A DNA stretch of 20,000 nucleotides from an uncultured virus (IMG/VR IMGVR_UViG_3300029945_000007) (IMGVR_UViG_3300029945_000007), one strand, 5' to 3'; counted from the first letter of the stretch, positions 7,671 to 15,487 are shown. Notes: generated by a model not told the origin, from the letters alone. Made by a program: numbers and translations.

Positions 7671-8300
7671 CTAAGCTACCTTCTTCCTTTTGATGCTGAT
7701 TTGTTCGGATGCCCATGCATACCAGTCAGGGGCATCTGCCATGCCGTCGAGGGTCGGGAGGTTCCAGCCGACGCTAGTGGCCAACGTAAGGAATTTGGCT
7801 TTGTCTGCACCCACCGCGTCCAGATCTGCCTCAAGAGCGACTTGCGCCGACGATTTGCGCGTTCGTACTTCGTGTGATTCGCTGTCCGCATCCACTGCCG
7901 TTTCCTCAGTCGGAATGCAGAAGGTCTGGAATGCTGCATATTTGTAGGCAGCACTCATCGCCTTGCTGGTGGCCTTGTCGCCGCTGTCCATCGCCTCGCC
8001 GTACATGGCGACGGTGTGCTTACTGCCGTCCTCCGCGCTGACCAGGTCAAATTCGGCGTGCACGGTCACATAGAATAGCGCCGTTCCTTTCGCGTTCGTG
8101 CGCTCGACCACTGTTCTTTCGATGCAACGAGGGAGGATGCATAGCAAGTGCTTTGCGAGAATCGGTGCCAGCGCGTTGTACACTGAGTCTATGCCCCGGA
8201 AACTAAATCCCTGCGCCGCATTCCGCCCGTCTTTACTGATGCCTTGTTGTGCCATTTCTGCCGCCACCGCGGCAATGGCCTGGTAGACCTTCATGATCAT
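7671..8300 (-). CDS. ERF-family ssDNA annealing protein
   Basis: FRGIDSVYNALAP, GEAMDSGDKATSKAMSAAYKYA; next to ssb. Start 8300 or 8294. Confidence 0.85.
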   Translation of the reverse strand: MIMKVYQAIAAVAAEMAQQGISKDGRNAAQGFSFRGIDSVYNALAPILAKHLLCILPRCIERTVVERTNAKGTALFYVTVHAEFDLVSAEDGSKHTVAMYGEAMDSGDKATSKAMSAAYKYAAFQTFCIPTEETAVDADSESHEVRTRKSSAQVALEADLDAVGADKAKFLTLATSVGWNLPTLDGMADAPDWYAWASEQISIKRKKVA

Positions 8301-8307
8301 GCCCTCA

Positions 8308-8502
8308 TTATGCGAAATCGGCGCCAGACAGAGCCCGGGCCATCTCGCGTTCAAATCGGTCGTTGCGGCGCAGTGTGAGACTGCGATCCGCGTCCGTGAT
8401 AGTGCGGTTCATGTTCCCGCCAAGCTTAATCGCGCGGAAATGCGCCACCTCGTCAGCGCGTCGCCGGCTCGCTACTGGTGAAACATCAATAAAGGCGCGC
8501 AT
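8308..8502 (-). CDS. Hypothetical protein
   Basis: ATG 8502 overlaps the upstream stop codon (TAATG coupling). Confidence 0.5.
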   Translation of the reverse strand: MRAFIDVSPVASRRRADEVAHFRAIKLGGNMNRTITDADRSLTLRRNDRFEREMARALSGADFA

Positions 8503-8894
8503 TAATCGAACCTGCTGCTGTAGACGCCGGATCCAACCGCGCGCTGAGCAACTTTGTTTTCCGCTAGGCGCCGACTGTCTTCGCCCATGGCGACGCCCAC
8601 CGCGCAACCCTTCTTCACTCGATCAAGCCCGGCGTCCCCGTAGTCGGCAATAGTGGAGTTGTACTTGCTGTCGCCAAAATCAACGACGAGCGTATGTACC
8701 CCGCTGTCTGCCACCTCTACGGAAACCCGGCACCACCGCGGCAACATCGCTTTCACCTGGCGCTTGAATTGCGCCGCCATCATGCTCGACACATTAGTCG
8801 GAGTCTCGCCCGGCAACGAATAAGGCCCGTCGCAATCTGACGGGCCATCGTTTAACGAGTGCTGCTCGGCGCTGTACTCAGCCATTTTTCCCAT
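8502..8894 (-). CDS. Hypothetical protein
   Basis: GGAG RBS before ATG 8894 (MGKMAEYS); operon orientation. Confidence 0.55.
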   Translation of the reverse strand: MGKMAEYSAEQHSLNDGPSDCDGPYSLPGETPTNVSSMMAAQFKRQVKAMLPRWCRVSVEVADSGVHTLVVDFGDSKYNSTIADYGDAGLDRVKKGCAVGVAMGEDSRRLAENKVAQRAVGSGVYSSRFD

Positions 8895-9047
8895 AATCAA
8901 CTCCAGTGCATCACGCATGCGGTAAACAGCACGGCCAAAACCACCACGCCGACCGCCGCAAAGTTCCAAAACTTCCGCTGTGCCGAGTCCATTAAAAAAG
9001 CCTTCCGCACACAGCCGAAACGGTATAAATCACGGCCAGCGCGAACA

Positions 9048-9221
9048 CTAGGCCGCCAATTCCAAGGATTTCCCCGCGACGTAGCATTGCATCACCCCCA
9101 TGTGTACTGGCGTCCCGCGACGGGACCAGAACAGGAACTTGATCTGAACGCAGCCGCGGCGGATCAGATCCGCTTTCATTTCTTCGGTCATGTGACCGAT
9201 GATGTATTCGATGTTTTTCAT
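9048..9221 (-). CDS. Small hypothetical protein
   Basis: MKNIEYIIG...; ATGA overlap with the upstream ORF. Confidence 0.5.
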   Translation of the reverse strand: MKNIEYIIGHMTEEMKADLIRRGCVQIKFLFWSRRGTPVHMGVMQCYVAGKSLELAA

Positions 9222-9367
9222 GCAGATCCCTCCGCAAATGCAGCCCCATACTTGGCGGCGATTTTTTTCGCCTCGGTCACGCTGCTGCACCGCTGCGAAT
9301 ATTCGAAGTCGCCGTTCTGGCGGACGATTACTACGGTTTTGGTCTTGCGGTCGTATTTGGCTTTCAT
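9218..9367 (-). CDS. Small basic hypothetical protein (49 aa; below track cutoff)
   Basis: MKAKYDRKTKTVVIVRQNGDFEYSQRCSSVTEAKKIAAKYGAAFAEGSA; ATGA coupling to the next ORF. Confidence 0.55.
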   Translation of the reverse strand: MKAKYDRKTKTVVIVRQNGDFEYSQRCSSVTEAKKIAAKYGAAFAEGSA

Positions 9368-9384
9368 GGTGGACACCAAAAGCA

Positions 9385-9403
9385 AACCCGGCGATGCCGG
9401 GTT
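9385..9403 (-). promoter_or_regulatory. Hairpin downstream of VR3
   Basis: AACCCGGC-GAT-GCCGGGTT; stem identical to the VR2 hairpin. Confidence 0.7.
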
Positions 9404-9406
9404 AAA

Positions 9407-9880
9407 TTACTGAATAGATGAATAGGCGACTCTGCGGACGGCTCGAGCACGACTGCTGGTGACCTTGAAGACGCCGTGCTGGGTGCCGCCGCGGAAGTAC
9501 TGCGCCCAGGCGACGCCGCTCGAGCACTGCGCGCAAGACCAGTGCCAGTCGCCGGAGAACAGGCGCTTGAGCTGGGCGAACAGGAATGACTGCTCCTGAC
9601 GCGTCGGCAGCTCCCCACCGATCGATGCTGCCCAGTCCAGTGCCTGCTGCCATCCGCCTTTAAACTCGCCGGGTAGGAGAATCAAGTGGTGCGACGGCTC
9701 GCCAGTCTCGGCATCAAACACCAGGCCCGCATAATCCTCGCCCTCGTGCAGCAGCACGCCGATTACCGTCCGAACCTCGGTGACCGCCGGCTCGGCGAAC
9801 AAGCTGGCGATTAGTTTTTCAATCCGGTGTAGCGGGGCGGACAACTTCACGTCGCCACATTCCAGGGTTGCTATTTGCAT
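9407..9880 (-). CDS. Third DUF1566/CLec-like protein with VR-like C-terminus (remote DGR target candidate)
   Basis: WQQALDWAASIGGELPTRQEQ, WHWS, AWAQYFRGGTQHGVFKVTSSRARAVRR; GGAG RBS before ATG 9880. Confidence 0.85.
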   Translation of the reverse strand: MQIATLECGDVKLSAPLHRIEKLIASLFAEPAVTEVRTVIGVLLHEGEDYAGLVFDAETGEPSHHLILLPGEFKGGWQQALDWAASIGGELPTRQEQSFLFAQLKRLFSGDWHWSCAQCSSGVAWAQYFRGGTQHGVFKVTSSRARAVRRVAYSSIQ

Positions 9881-9892
9881 TGTCACGCTCCT

Positions 9893-9918
9893 AAAAAATA
9901 AGCCCGCACGAGGCGGGC
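9893..9918 (-). terminator. tL-like intrinsic terminator
   Basis: GCCCGC-4 nt-GCGGGC followed by TTATTTTTT on the minus strand. Confidence 0.65.
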
Positions 9919-10861
9919 AAAGAAAACACAAGGAGAACACGTTTGTTGGTGCTGGTTTCTTTCCCCCCAGCAAAGTCAGACCAGTAGCTTGTCATTGGCG
10001 CCCTGCGCATGCCCTGTTGCCGTTCATGGACGCTTGGCCTTTGTGTTGTGGCCCGCATGTCGTCGCGACTCATGCCGTGTTGTCAGTCTTAGTTGGTGCG
10101 TTTACCAACACGGCTGGCGGATGGTGCCGCATCAGTGGTTGCCTGGCACAGACTTCCGATGCTCAGTCGCCATGCGTGTTGGCGCCGGTCTTTCCCGGCC
10201 GTCAGGCGCTGTGCGGTCGCCACCTCACACTCTATGATTTGGCTCAGTCGCAAAGCCCGCACTCCGGAACTGCCGAAGCGAATCAGCGCATTCGTGGACA
10301 TTTAATGGGTCCGTCTTGAATGCGGAAGTCATCCAGACCCGGTAAACGCACTCGTCGGAATGTGCTTACCGGGTGGCCGCTTACGGCGACCGGTCGCGCC
10401 ACAAATCAGCTGTTGTGCTCAGGGCGCCGCTCCCCGGTAAAATCACCAAAACCACCTCGTCGAAGCGCCTTTGGAAAACGGACTCGCTCCCCAGCGAAGC
10501 CGCAGTTGAAAATGTCACAGCAAGGCGCGGTTACATGATCGTCTCCCGGTTAAACTCGCGGCCCTCGTAGTGGCGTCCGCGCTGCATCACATTGGAACGG
10601 GCTTGGCATACGGGTGCGCTCCACCCACCAAACCGATACTGAGCGCTCCAATGTGCCCACTCTTGCGAATGGGCTATGTCTTCAGTCAACTCGCCGCTGT
10701 CGGTCGGCGTTTTCCAGTTTCATTCTTAGCCTGCGTCGCTTCGTCTACTGGTCACGAGTGATTGCTTTCACTCGACTTGCTCCCGCTTTACCGGCGCGGG
10801 GCTAATTCTGGGGCCGGGCCTAGGACGCCTTGCGGCGATATCGGCTTGCTATCCCTGTAGG

Positions 10862-10874
10862 TTTTCAAAGATCG
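10862..10874 (-). promoter_or_regulatory. boxA-like antitermination element
   Basis: CGATCTTTGAAAA shortly after the pL start; resembles boxA CGCTCTTTAACA. Confidence 0.5.
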
Positions 10875-10903
10875 GTGCTCGGCGTTGCTGAGCTGATGTG
10901 GTA

Positions 10904-10940
10904 AATGTAAACCTTGGTTCGCATGGTGTCAACTTAAGTT
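10904..10940 (-). promoter_or_regulatory. pL promoter with OL operators
   Basis: TTGACA (10932-10927), 17 bp, TACATT (10909-10904); operator-like AACCTTGGTT (10910-10919) and AACTTAAGTT (10931-10940). Confidence 0.8.
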
Positions 10941-11034
10941 TGCATTGAATGGAAACCTGGGTGTTCAAATCACAGTAGTGGAAATTAGGGCAGGGGACTG
11001 ACGGGCCGAGGAAGTGGCCCGTTATTGAGTGTTT

Positions 11035-11193
11035 CTATTTAGATAAGCCGAGGCGAGCAATAATGAGAGAGAGGATGGCGCCAACGTCGCCCTGTTGCAC
11101 AATGTTGAATTTTCTATCGTGGCTTAATGTGATGTGTAGTTCTGCCAAAAAAGCGGGAGGGTGCGGCTGCGTTGATTGTGTGCTCGTGTTCAT
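11035..11193 (-). CDS. Possible 52-aa hypothetical protein
   Basis: MNTSTQSTQPHPPAFLAELHITLSHDRKFNIVQQGDVGAILSLIIARLGLSK; no recognisable motif. Confidence 0.35.
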   Translation of the reverse strand: MNTSTQSTQPHPPAFLAELHITLSHDRKFNIVQQGDVGAILSLIIARLGLSK

Positions 11194-11293
11194 TGTTATT
11201 GTCTCTCACAGATTGGCCGTCTGATTGTGCGGCGTGAGAGATAAGGCTACCCCCTGAGAATAGGCGGCGGAATAAGTAGTTGTACTTAGTGTA

Positions 11294-11608
11294 TCAAGTG
11301 CTTTTAGAGAATTCGACCGCAACCTTAGCGAGCAACTCAAGTTTGTCGTTAGATAGGGTAGGGAGGGCGGCGCGGATTAGATCTAGAGATTCGGCGCGTA
11401 CGCTATCTGCATCACCATTAATAAGGTGATCGCTTGACACGCCGAACATTTTTGCAAGTGCTACAACATTTTGCGGTTTTGGCATTGATGTACCACTAAG
11501 CCATCCAAAAACGGCCTGAACGGATACCCCACAGGCTCTTGCAATTTCTTTCGCTATAATGCGATCGCGCTGTTTTAAATGGCGCAGCCGTGCCTGAAAA
11601 GTATCCAT
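11294..11608 (-). CDS. XRE/cI-like HTH regulator
   Basis: MDTFQARLRHL...EIARACGVSVQAVFGWLSG...P...LAKMFGVSSDHLING. Confidence 0.88.
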   Translation of the reverse strand: MDTFQARLRHLKQRDRIIAKEIARACGVSVQAVFGWLSGTSMPKPQNVVALAKMFGVSSDHLINGDADSVRAESLDLIRAALPTLSNDKLELLAKVAVEFSKST

Positions 11609-11727
11609 TAGGGGATGGTAGATACCACCTAGGCGAACAGCAAGAAACTCTAGTGTTTGGTATCAAGTTTACTTGATACGCAAGCCATGCGTAATGACTT
11701 ACAACTGTAAGATAGGACAGTTGACTA

Positions 11728-12066
11728 TTATTTTGTTTTGGCGGCGAGAATGGCGCGCCAGAGCTTTATAACCTCTTCGTCGCCACGCGCTACCAACTTG
11801 TCGGCAAGGTCTTCAATTGACTCGGCAGAAATGTAGGCGCCAGCCGGATCAACCAGGTTATCGCGCGGGCCTTTGCCCGTCTCTAGGTACACTGGATTCA
11901 TCTTGAACGCTCTCGCAAGTTGCAAGAGTTTTGTTGTACCACGATTGGGATCGTTCTCAAGTTCAGAGATGAGGGTTTTGCTGACATTAGCACGCCTGGC
12001 CAACTCCTCTAGAGTCCAACCACGACGCATGCGTTCTTCTTTAATGCGGATACCGAGCGAATTCAT
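11728..12066 (-). CDS. XRE/cI-like HTH regulator
   Basis: MNSLGIRIKEERMRRGWTLEELARRANVSKTLISELEN...YLETGKGP. Confidence 0.9.
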   Translation of the reverse strand: MNSLGIRIKEERMRRGWTLEELARRANVSKTLISELENDPNRGTTKLLQLARAFKMNPVYLETGKGPRDNLVDPAGAYISAESIEDLADKLVARGDEEVIKLWRAILAAKTK

Positions 12067-12171
12067 CCGCACATAATGTGGTACGCCTCGTTCTGAAAGC
12101 GGGATTTATTGGCATGAAATCAGGAATTATTGTTCTGGATACAGATTGATTGTCACCGACATTCGATGCAA

Positions 12172-12192
12172 TAAAGCCCGCGATTGCGGGCT
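12172..12192 (-). terminator. Terminator after TA operon
   Basis: AGCCCGC-GATT-GCGGGCT stem, followed by a T-rich run on the minus strand. Confidence 0.6.
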
Positions 12193-12210
12193 AAAGGTAT
12201 TCTGTGCAGG

Positions 12211-12489
12211 CTACCGCTTTATGTCTCGGTAGAAATTCTCATGAGACCCAACGGCCTCCAGGTAAACCAATCGAATGGAGTCGTCGCGCGTATAACCCAA
12301 CAGCCAGAGTTGGCCTTGACTGCGAAATTTGTAGACCCACAGGGAGGCTAGATCCCCTTTTTTTCGTTCGCCAATATCCGGGTCTGTGCAAACAGCCTCT
12401 ACAGCGCCGTCTACGTCAGCCGCGATGTTGTCCTGCAGCTTTTTATATTGGCGCCCAAACCGCTTGGTCTGTCTCGCTTCGTACTTCAT
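12211..12489 (-). CDS. Type II toxin, RelE/ParE superfamily
   Basis: 92 aa, F.RQYKKL, PDIGERKKGDLASLWVYKF, LEAVGSHENFYRDIKR; ATGA overlap with antitoxin. Confidence 0.9.
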   Translation of the reverse strand: MKYEARQTKRFGRQYKKLQDNIAADVDGAVEAVCTDPDIGERKKGDLASLWVYKFRSQGQLWLLGYTRDDSIRLVYLEAVGSHENFYRDIKR

Positions 12490-12716
12490 GAGGCTTTACG
12501 GCTTCTTGGCTCAAATGGCTGTGCTTGATCCCTTGGCTCAGCCATTGAGGCCATAGACTCAGCAATAAACGATACGGGTAGATCTGGATTGTCTAATGCG
12601 ACCCGGCCAATCGTGGCCCAGAATTCAATCTGCCCAGCAATTGAGCGGTGTTCAGCCGTCGCCTCAGCCCTGGCTTGCTCATAGAGATTTGCGTCAATCC
12701 GCACTGCGACACTCAT
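12486..12716 (-). CDS. ParD-like antitoxin
   Basis: AVRIDANLY..AR....AEHRSIAGQIEFWATIGRVALDNPDLPVSFI. Confidence 0.88.
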   Translation of the reverse strand: MSVAVRIDANLYEQARAEATAEHRSIAGQIEFWATIGRVALDNPDLPVSFIAESMASMAEPRDQAQPFEPRSRKAS

Positions 12717-12730
12717 TGCGTTCTCCTTGT

Positions 12731-12777
12731 TTGCCTACATATGTAGGCAATATAGAGCAATAAGGCATGGTTGACAA
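12731..12777 (-). promoter_or_regulatory. TA promoter and autoregulatory operator
   Basis: TTGTCA, 17 bp, TATATT; perfect 20-bp palindrome TTGCCTACATATGTAGGCAA (12731-12750) at the transcription start. Confidence 0.8.
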
Positions 12778-12857
12778 TACAAAGCCCGCTGGCGCTGGCT
12801 AGTGGTAGGCGCCTAGCGGCGCAATCTAAAACACAAGGATGGCGATGACGCGGATAG

Positions 12858-13631
12858 TCACGTTAGGTCATCAAACACTTGCTTTAGGATGCTTGAGTGA
12901 TACGAATTAACTTTACCGAACCGTTCATCAGGAACCTTCATGATTTGCATGTCTTGCTGGCGGGATAGCTGCGATGCCCTGGCGCCATATGTTTTGGCCA
13001 TTGTCAGGTCAAGGCTAACGCCAAGAGTCGAAGAGAAGGCCATCACAGTGAAATAGTCAGAACGTCCGAATTTGTGCTGAAGCGCAGCTGATGCCGCCTC
13101 GAAAGCTTCGTCAGCCTTTTCGCTGAGGGCACGAATTTTTTGATTTGTTTCTACTAGGTGCTGGTCCGTCCGGTGCTGATGTTCGCGTAGCGCCTTGATT
13201 TGGTTTTCATGCTCGAGTATCAGGTTGGCCTGCTGCACCAGAAATTCTGCCGTGCTCATCGGCTTCTGGTTGTCGAAATAGCTATCTGACAGTTGCTCTT
13301 GAACTTCCCATGCAAAGTCATCCGTGAAGGATTTGACCAGCATTGAATATCCGCGCTCAGTAAGGACAGTCAGGCCGCGAGGAGGTACGTCAATTTCAAA
13401 AGAACGAAATTCGTTCTTTTGAGTATAATCAACAAGATAGAAGTGTTTTCCTTCTTCTAGCCTGTCTTTGTATGTTTGGAATGCCCTTTTGGCCGTTCCG
13501 TCAGGTCGGTGGTGGATGACGTCCATAATAGCCAGGGTAATAACCCGCTGCCCCCGATACTCGATGACCGGTATCGTCGTATCAACAATCTGCACTTTCT
13601 TCTGCGGCACGCCAGCCGGTAGGCTTCCCAA
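12858..13631 (-). CDS. ORF6N-domain antirepressor-like protein
   Basis: IEYRGQRVITLAIMD.IH.RP.GTA, LTERGYSMLVKSFTDDFAWEVQEQL, coiled coil, C-terminal VPDERFGKVNSY; TTG start with GGAG RBS. Confidence 0.85.
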   Translation of the reverse strand: MGSLPAGVPQKKVQIVDTTIPVIEYRGQRVITLAIMDVIHHRPDGTAKRAFQTYKDRLEEGKHFYLVDYTQKNEFRSFEIDVPPRGLTVLTERGYSMLVKSFTDDFAWEVQEQLSDSYFDNQKPMSTAEFLVQQANLILEHENQIKALREHQHRTDQHLVETNQKIRALSEKADEAFEAASAALQHKFGRSDYFTVMAFSSTLGVSLDLTMAKTYGARASQLSRQQDMQIMKVPDERFGKVNSYHSSILKQVFDDLT

Positions 13632-13687
13632 TTTTATTCTCCCAAATTAACGACATAAGCCCGCAATTGCGAGCTTCTCAAATTTCC

Positions 13688-14071
13688 TCAATCGTCCAGC
13701 TTGTCTTGATCTTTCAACTTCATCGCCATTTGCACGATTTCTAGCATTCGCTGCGCGTCATAAGCTGAAAGCTTCGTGGCAAGTTCCTCGGGAGACGATG
13801 CCTCAATGTTTATGGACGGAAATGTATCGGACTTATCTTCCCGCATAGGCCCTTTGTTTAGCGCAAGCCAATCTGACCTCACCTTTAGCGCCGCAGATGC
13901 ACGTACCAAATTATCACCATCAATGCCAGCAGTTGGATTGTTCATCCATTTATAAACCGCGGTTCTTGATAGTTTAATTTGCACTGCCAGCCAATTCGGC
14001 GTGTGCCTTTTACCTGTTGATTCAGTCAGGTCATCTAGCGCCTTCTGAATACGTTGTCCGAGAGTGTTCAT
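13688..14071 (-). CDS. cI-like prophage repressor (HTH, no S24 peptidase domain)
   Basis: MNTLGQRIQKAL...LAVQIKLSRTAVYKW...LKVRSDWLALNKGPM; divergent from cro across the operators. Confidence 0.85.
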   Translation of the reverse strand: MNTLGQRIQKALDDLTESTGKRHTPNWLAVQIKLSRTAVYKWMNNPTAGIDGDNLVRASAALKVRSDWLALNKGPMREDKSDTFPSINIEASSPEELATKLSAYDAQRMLEIVQMAMKLKDQDKLDD

Positions 14072-14074
14072 GTC

Positions 14075-14137
14075 AACCAAGGTTAGCGGATATTTTGTGA
14101 ACCTAGGATTGCATTTAATGCAAACTGTAGTTATCAT
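14075..14137 (+). promoter_or_regulatory. OR operators and pR promoter
   Basis: AACCAAGGTT (14075), AACCTAGGAT (14100), AACTGTAGTT (14123) share AACY-NN-RGTT with OL; TTGCAT (14109-14114), 17 bp, TATCAT (14132-14137). Confidence 0.78.
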
Positions 14138-14143
14138 CATGAA

Positions 14144-14347
14144 ATGAAAAGAGAAACCGTCATGAAATATTTTGGCGGGGGCCGAGGGACCAAAAGCCGC
14201 GTAGCTCGTGTCCTTGGGGTGTCCTCCGCTGCCGTATCCAAGTGGTCTGAAGAGATCCCGGATGGAAGTGCATACAATTTATGCCGCGATTTTCCTGAGC
14301 TTTATAAGCTCGATCAGACTGACCATGACAGTAGGAAGAAGGTTTGA
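14144..14347 (+). CDS. cro: Cro-like repressor
   Basis: MKRETVMKYFGG...KSRVARVLGVSSAAVSKWSEEIP; divergent from cI. Confidence 0.85.
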   Translation: MKRETVMKYFGGGRGTKSRVARVLGVSSAAVSKWSEEIPDGSAYNLCRDFPELYKLDQTDHDSRKKV

Positions 14348-14496
14348 AGGTTGGGAGCCGCAGGGCGGGGAAGCTAAGCGGCTCCCGAGAGGCATGAGCA
14401 AGGGCGTAGCTCACAACCGAAGAGTATGTGAGCAGAAAACTTAAGTCCACATACATGTGCATCAGGTGTGTAGGTCTTACGCAATAGGGGTTTCAG

Positions 14497-14676
14497 ATGG
14501 CAGATATAAGGGATCAAAGGGTTCAGGTGCTTCTCAACGCCGAGGAATACATCGCCCTCCAATCGCTCACTGGTAACGGTGACGATATTAGTCACTCCGC
14601 GTTCTTCCGTAATTACCTGAAAGAGAAGGTGCGTGAAGAGTTGCGTAAGCAGCAAGAGCAGCGGGCGGCCGCATGA
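14497..14676 (+). CDS. Ribbon-helix-helix-like protein in cII position (59 aa; below track cutoff)
   Basis: MADIRDQRVQVLLNAEEYIALQSLTGNGDDISHSAFFRNYLKEKVREELRKQQEQRAAA; ATGA overlap with the next gene. Confidence 0.7.
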   Translation: MADIRDQRVQVLLNAEEYIALQSLTGNGDDISHSAFFRNYLKEKVREELRKQQEQRAAA

Positions 14677-14930
14677 CTAAGCCGTGCGTTTCTGAAACTA
14701 GATTAGTACCGGCACCAGATGGCTCGCATCGATTAGTGATTGATCTGAGCCATCTAGCCGATGCGTATTTCCTGCCCGTTTCAGACGCAGAAGGGCGCCC
14801 ACTTTGCACCATCCAATTTGAGCGGGTCGCTTCACAGAATGCCCACTGCTTAATGGTGGCTAAGCGCGTGACTCTACCCGGTGCCGAGCAGGTTGCACCG
14901 GTTGATATAGACAGGGAGGTGGCGGCGTGA
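14673..14930 (+). CDS. Hypothetical protein
   Basis: Coupled by start/stop overlaps on both sides. Confidence 0.6.
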   Translation: MTKPCVSETRLVPAPDGSHRLVIDLSHLADAYFLPVSDAEGRPLCTIQFERVASQNAHCLMVAKRVTLPGAEQVAPVDIDREVAA

Positions 14931-15175
14931 CTGGTCAACAAAAAGCCCCGCAAGAGCAGGGCGGATTTAAGCCTTACACGGTGAAAATTTCAATTGACCG
15001 CGACGCCCTGATTTCGGGTATTCGGGCCGCTCTCATTGCGGCTGTAAAGGTTGAAAGCGCTGCCCGTCCCGAAGATTTGGAAGATCGGTATGCAGTTAGT
15101 CAGGTTGGGATCTTGGAAAGAGTGTCGAGAGAATCTCCTGTACTCGATCCAGGCTCAGCAGGTGAACCTCTTTAA
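14927..15175 (+). CDS. Hypothetical protein
   Basis: GGAGG RBS and GTGA overlap with the upstream stop. Confidence 0.5.
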   Translation: MTGQQKAPQEQGGFKPYTVKISIDRDALISGIRAALIAAVKVESAARPEDLEDRYAVSQVGILERVSRESPVLDPGSAGEPL

Positions 15176-15487
15176 GGGTCGGCTCTTTCCCAGGCTTTAC
15201 GTCAACGGAAAACGTAATTTTTTCACCGCCGGAAAGTTCAATAACCCGGTTAACTCGAATGGCGGTCCCACTAAGGTTGATGTCGTACTCAAGGGTGCGA
15301 ACAGATAGTTCATTGACTTTCATGACGTTCCAATCGGCGCTGTTTGTGGTTAGAGACAACAGCATAAACCTGATTGGGGCGTCACCCAACAACGGCAGAG
15401 TCTGCGGCCAAGAACGACAGACAGCAAAAAGCCCCGGTCATAGACCTTGCCGGGTCTCGCGGGGCTTAAAACCTACTGAGGGTGATT

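Noticed and set aside
9780..10805. Several 60-179 aa ORFs in the pL leader
   Set aside because: Mostly antisense to pL, lacking RBS or recognisable motifs; no tRNA cloverleaf could be identified by eye either.
14374..14655. 93-aa minus-strand ORF
   Set aside because: Shadow of the translationally coupled plus-strand RHH-like ORF 14497-14676.
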